Below, in pieces: positions 63,944 to 64,000 of a stretch of 64,000 bases of DNA. The position numbers were made by a program, and so were the translations under genes. The notes under the pieces were generated by a model that saw nothing but the letters and a program-made list of their open reading frames with translations, was not told where the DNA came from and did not search any database. The stretch is taken from positions 14,279 to 78,278 of the forward strand of contig JBKPAK010000015.1 in assembly GCA_046726415.1 (NCBI GenBank), in the 5' to 3' direction. Source of the DNA: Candidatus Methylomirabilota bacterium. GTDB lineage: Bacteria > Methylomirabilota > Methylomirabilia > Rokubacteriales > CSP1-6. Each line of letters starts with the position of its first letter. The first letter of the stretch is position 1.

Positions 63944-64000
63944 ATGACGACGATAGGATTGCTGCATCCAGGTGAAATGGGAAGCTCCGTGGGCGCCGCC
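63944..64000 (+). CDS. N-terminus of an NAD(P)-dependent oxidoreductase (6PGD/HIBADH-like), partial
   Basis: AAGGAG RBS; MTTIGLLHPGEMGSSVGAA Rossmann start; runs off the window. Confidence 0.75.
   Translation, partial: MTTIGLLHPGEMGSSVGAA

Overview
GC-rich (~70%) bacterial chromosomal segment. Gene content and dispersed palindromic repeats suggest Candidatus Rokubacteria/Methylomirabilota, which is an inference only. It holds ~55 mostly catabolic/redox genes (acyl-CoA dehydrogenases and ligases, three enolase-superfamily paralogs, two molybdoenzymes, TPP enzymes, an SBP56/methanethiol-oxidase-family protein), aroC, an ECF sigma/anti-sigma pair, a Cpx-like two-component locus and several decayed gene fragments. 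No tRNA, rRNA, CRISPR array or intact transposase was seen. The main hidden signal is two redox genes split by the ORF caller at an in-frame UGA that sits at a conserved Cys position: an AhpD/CMD protein (46943-47467, -, CxxU) and an OsmC-family protein (50890-51312, +, R-U-P). Each UGA is followed, after exactly 13 nt, by a CGG...CCG stem-loop whose loop starts with GG. These are probable selenoproteins with a shared SECIS architecture; selABCD are not in the window. All family assignments come from motif recognition by eye; no searches were run.
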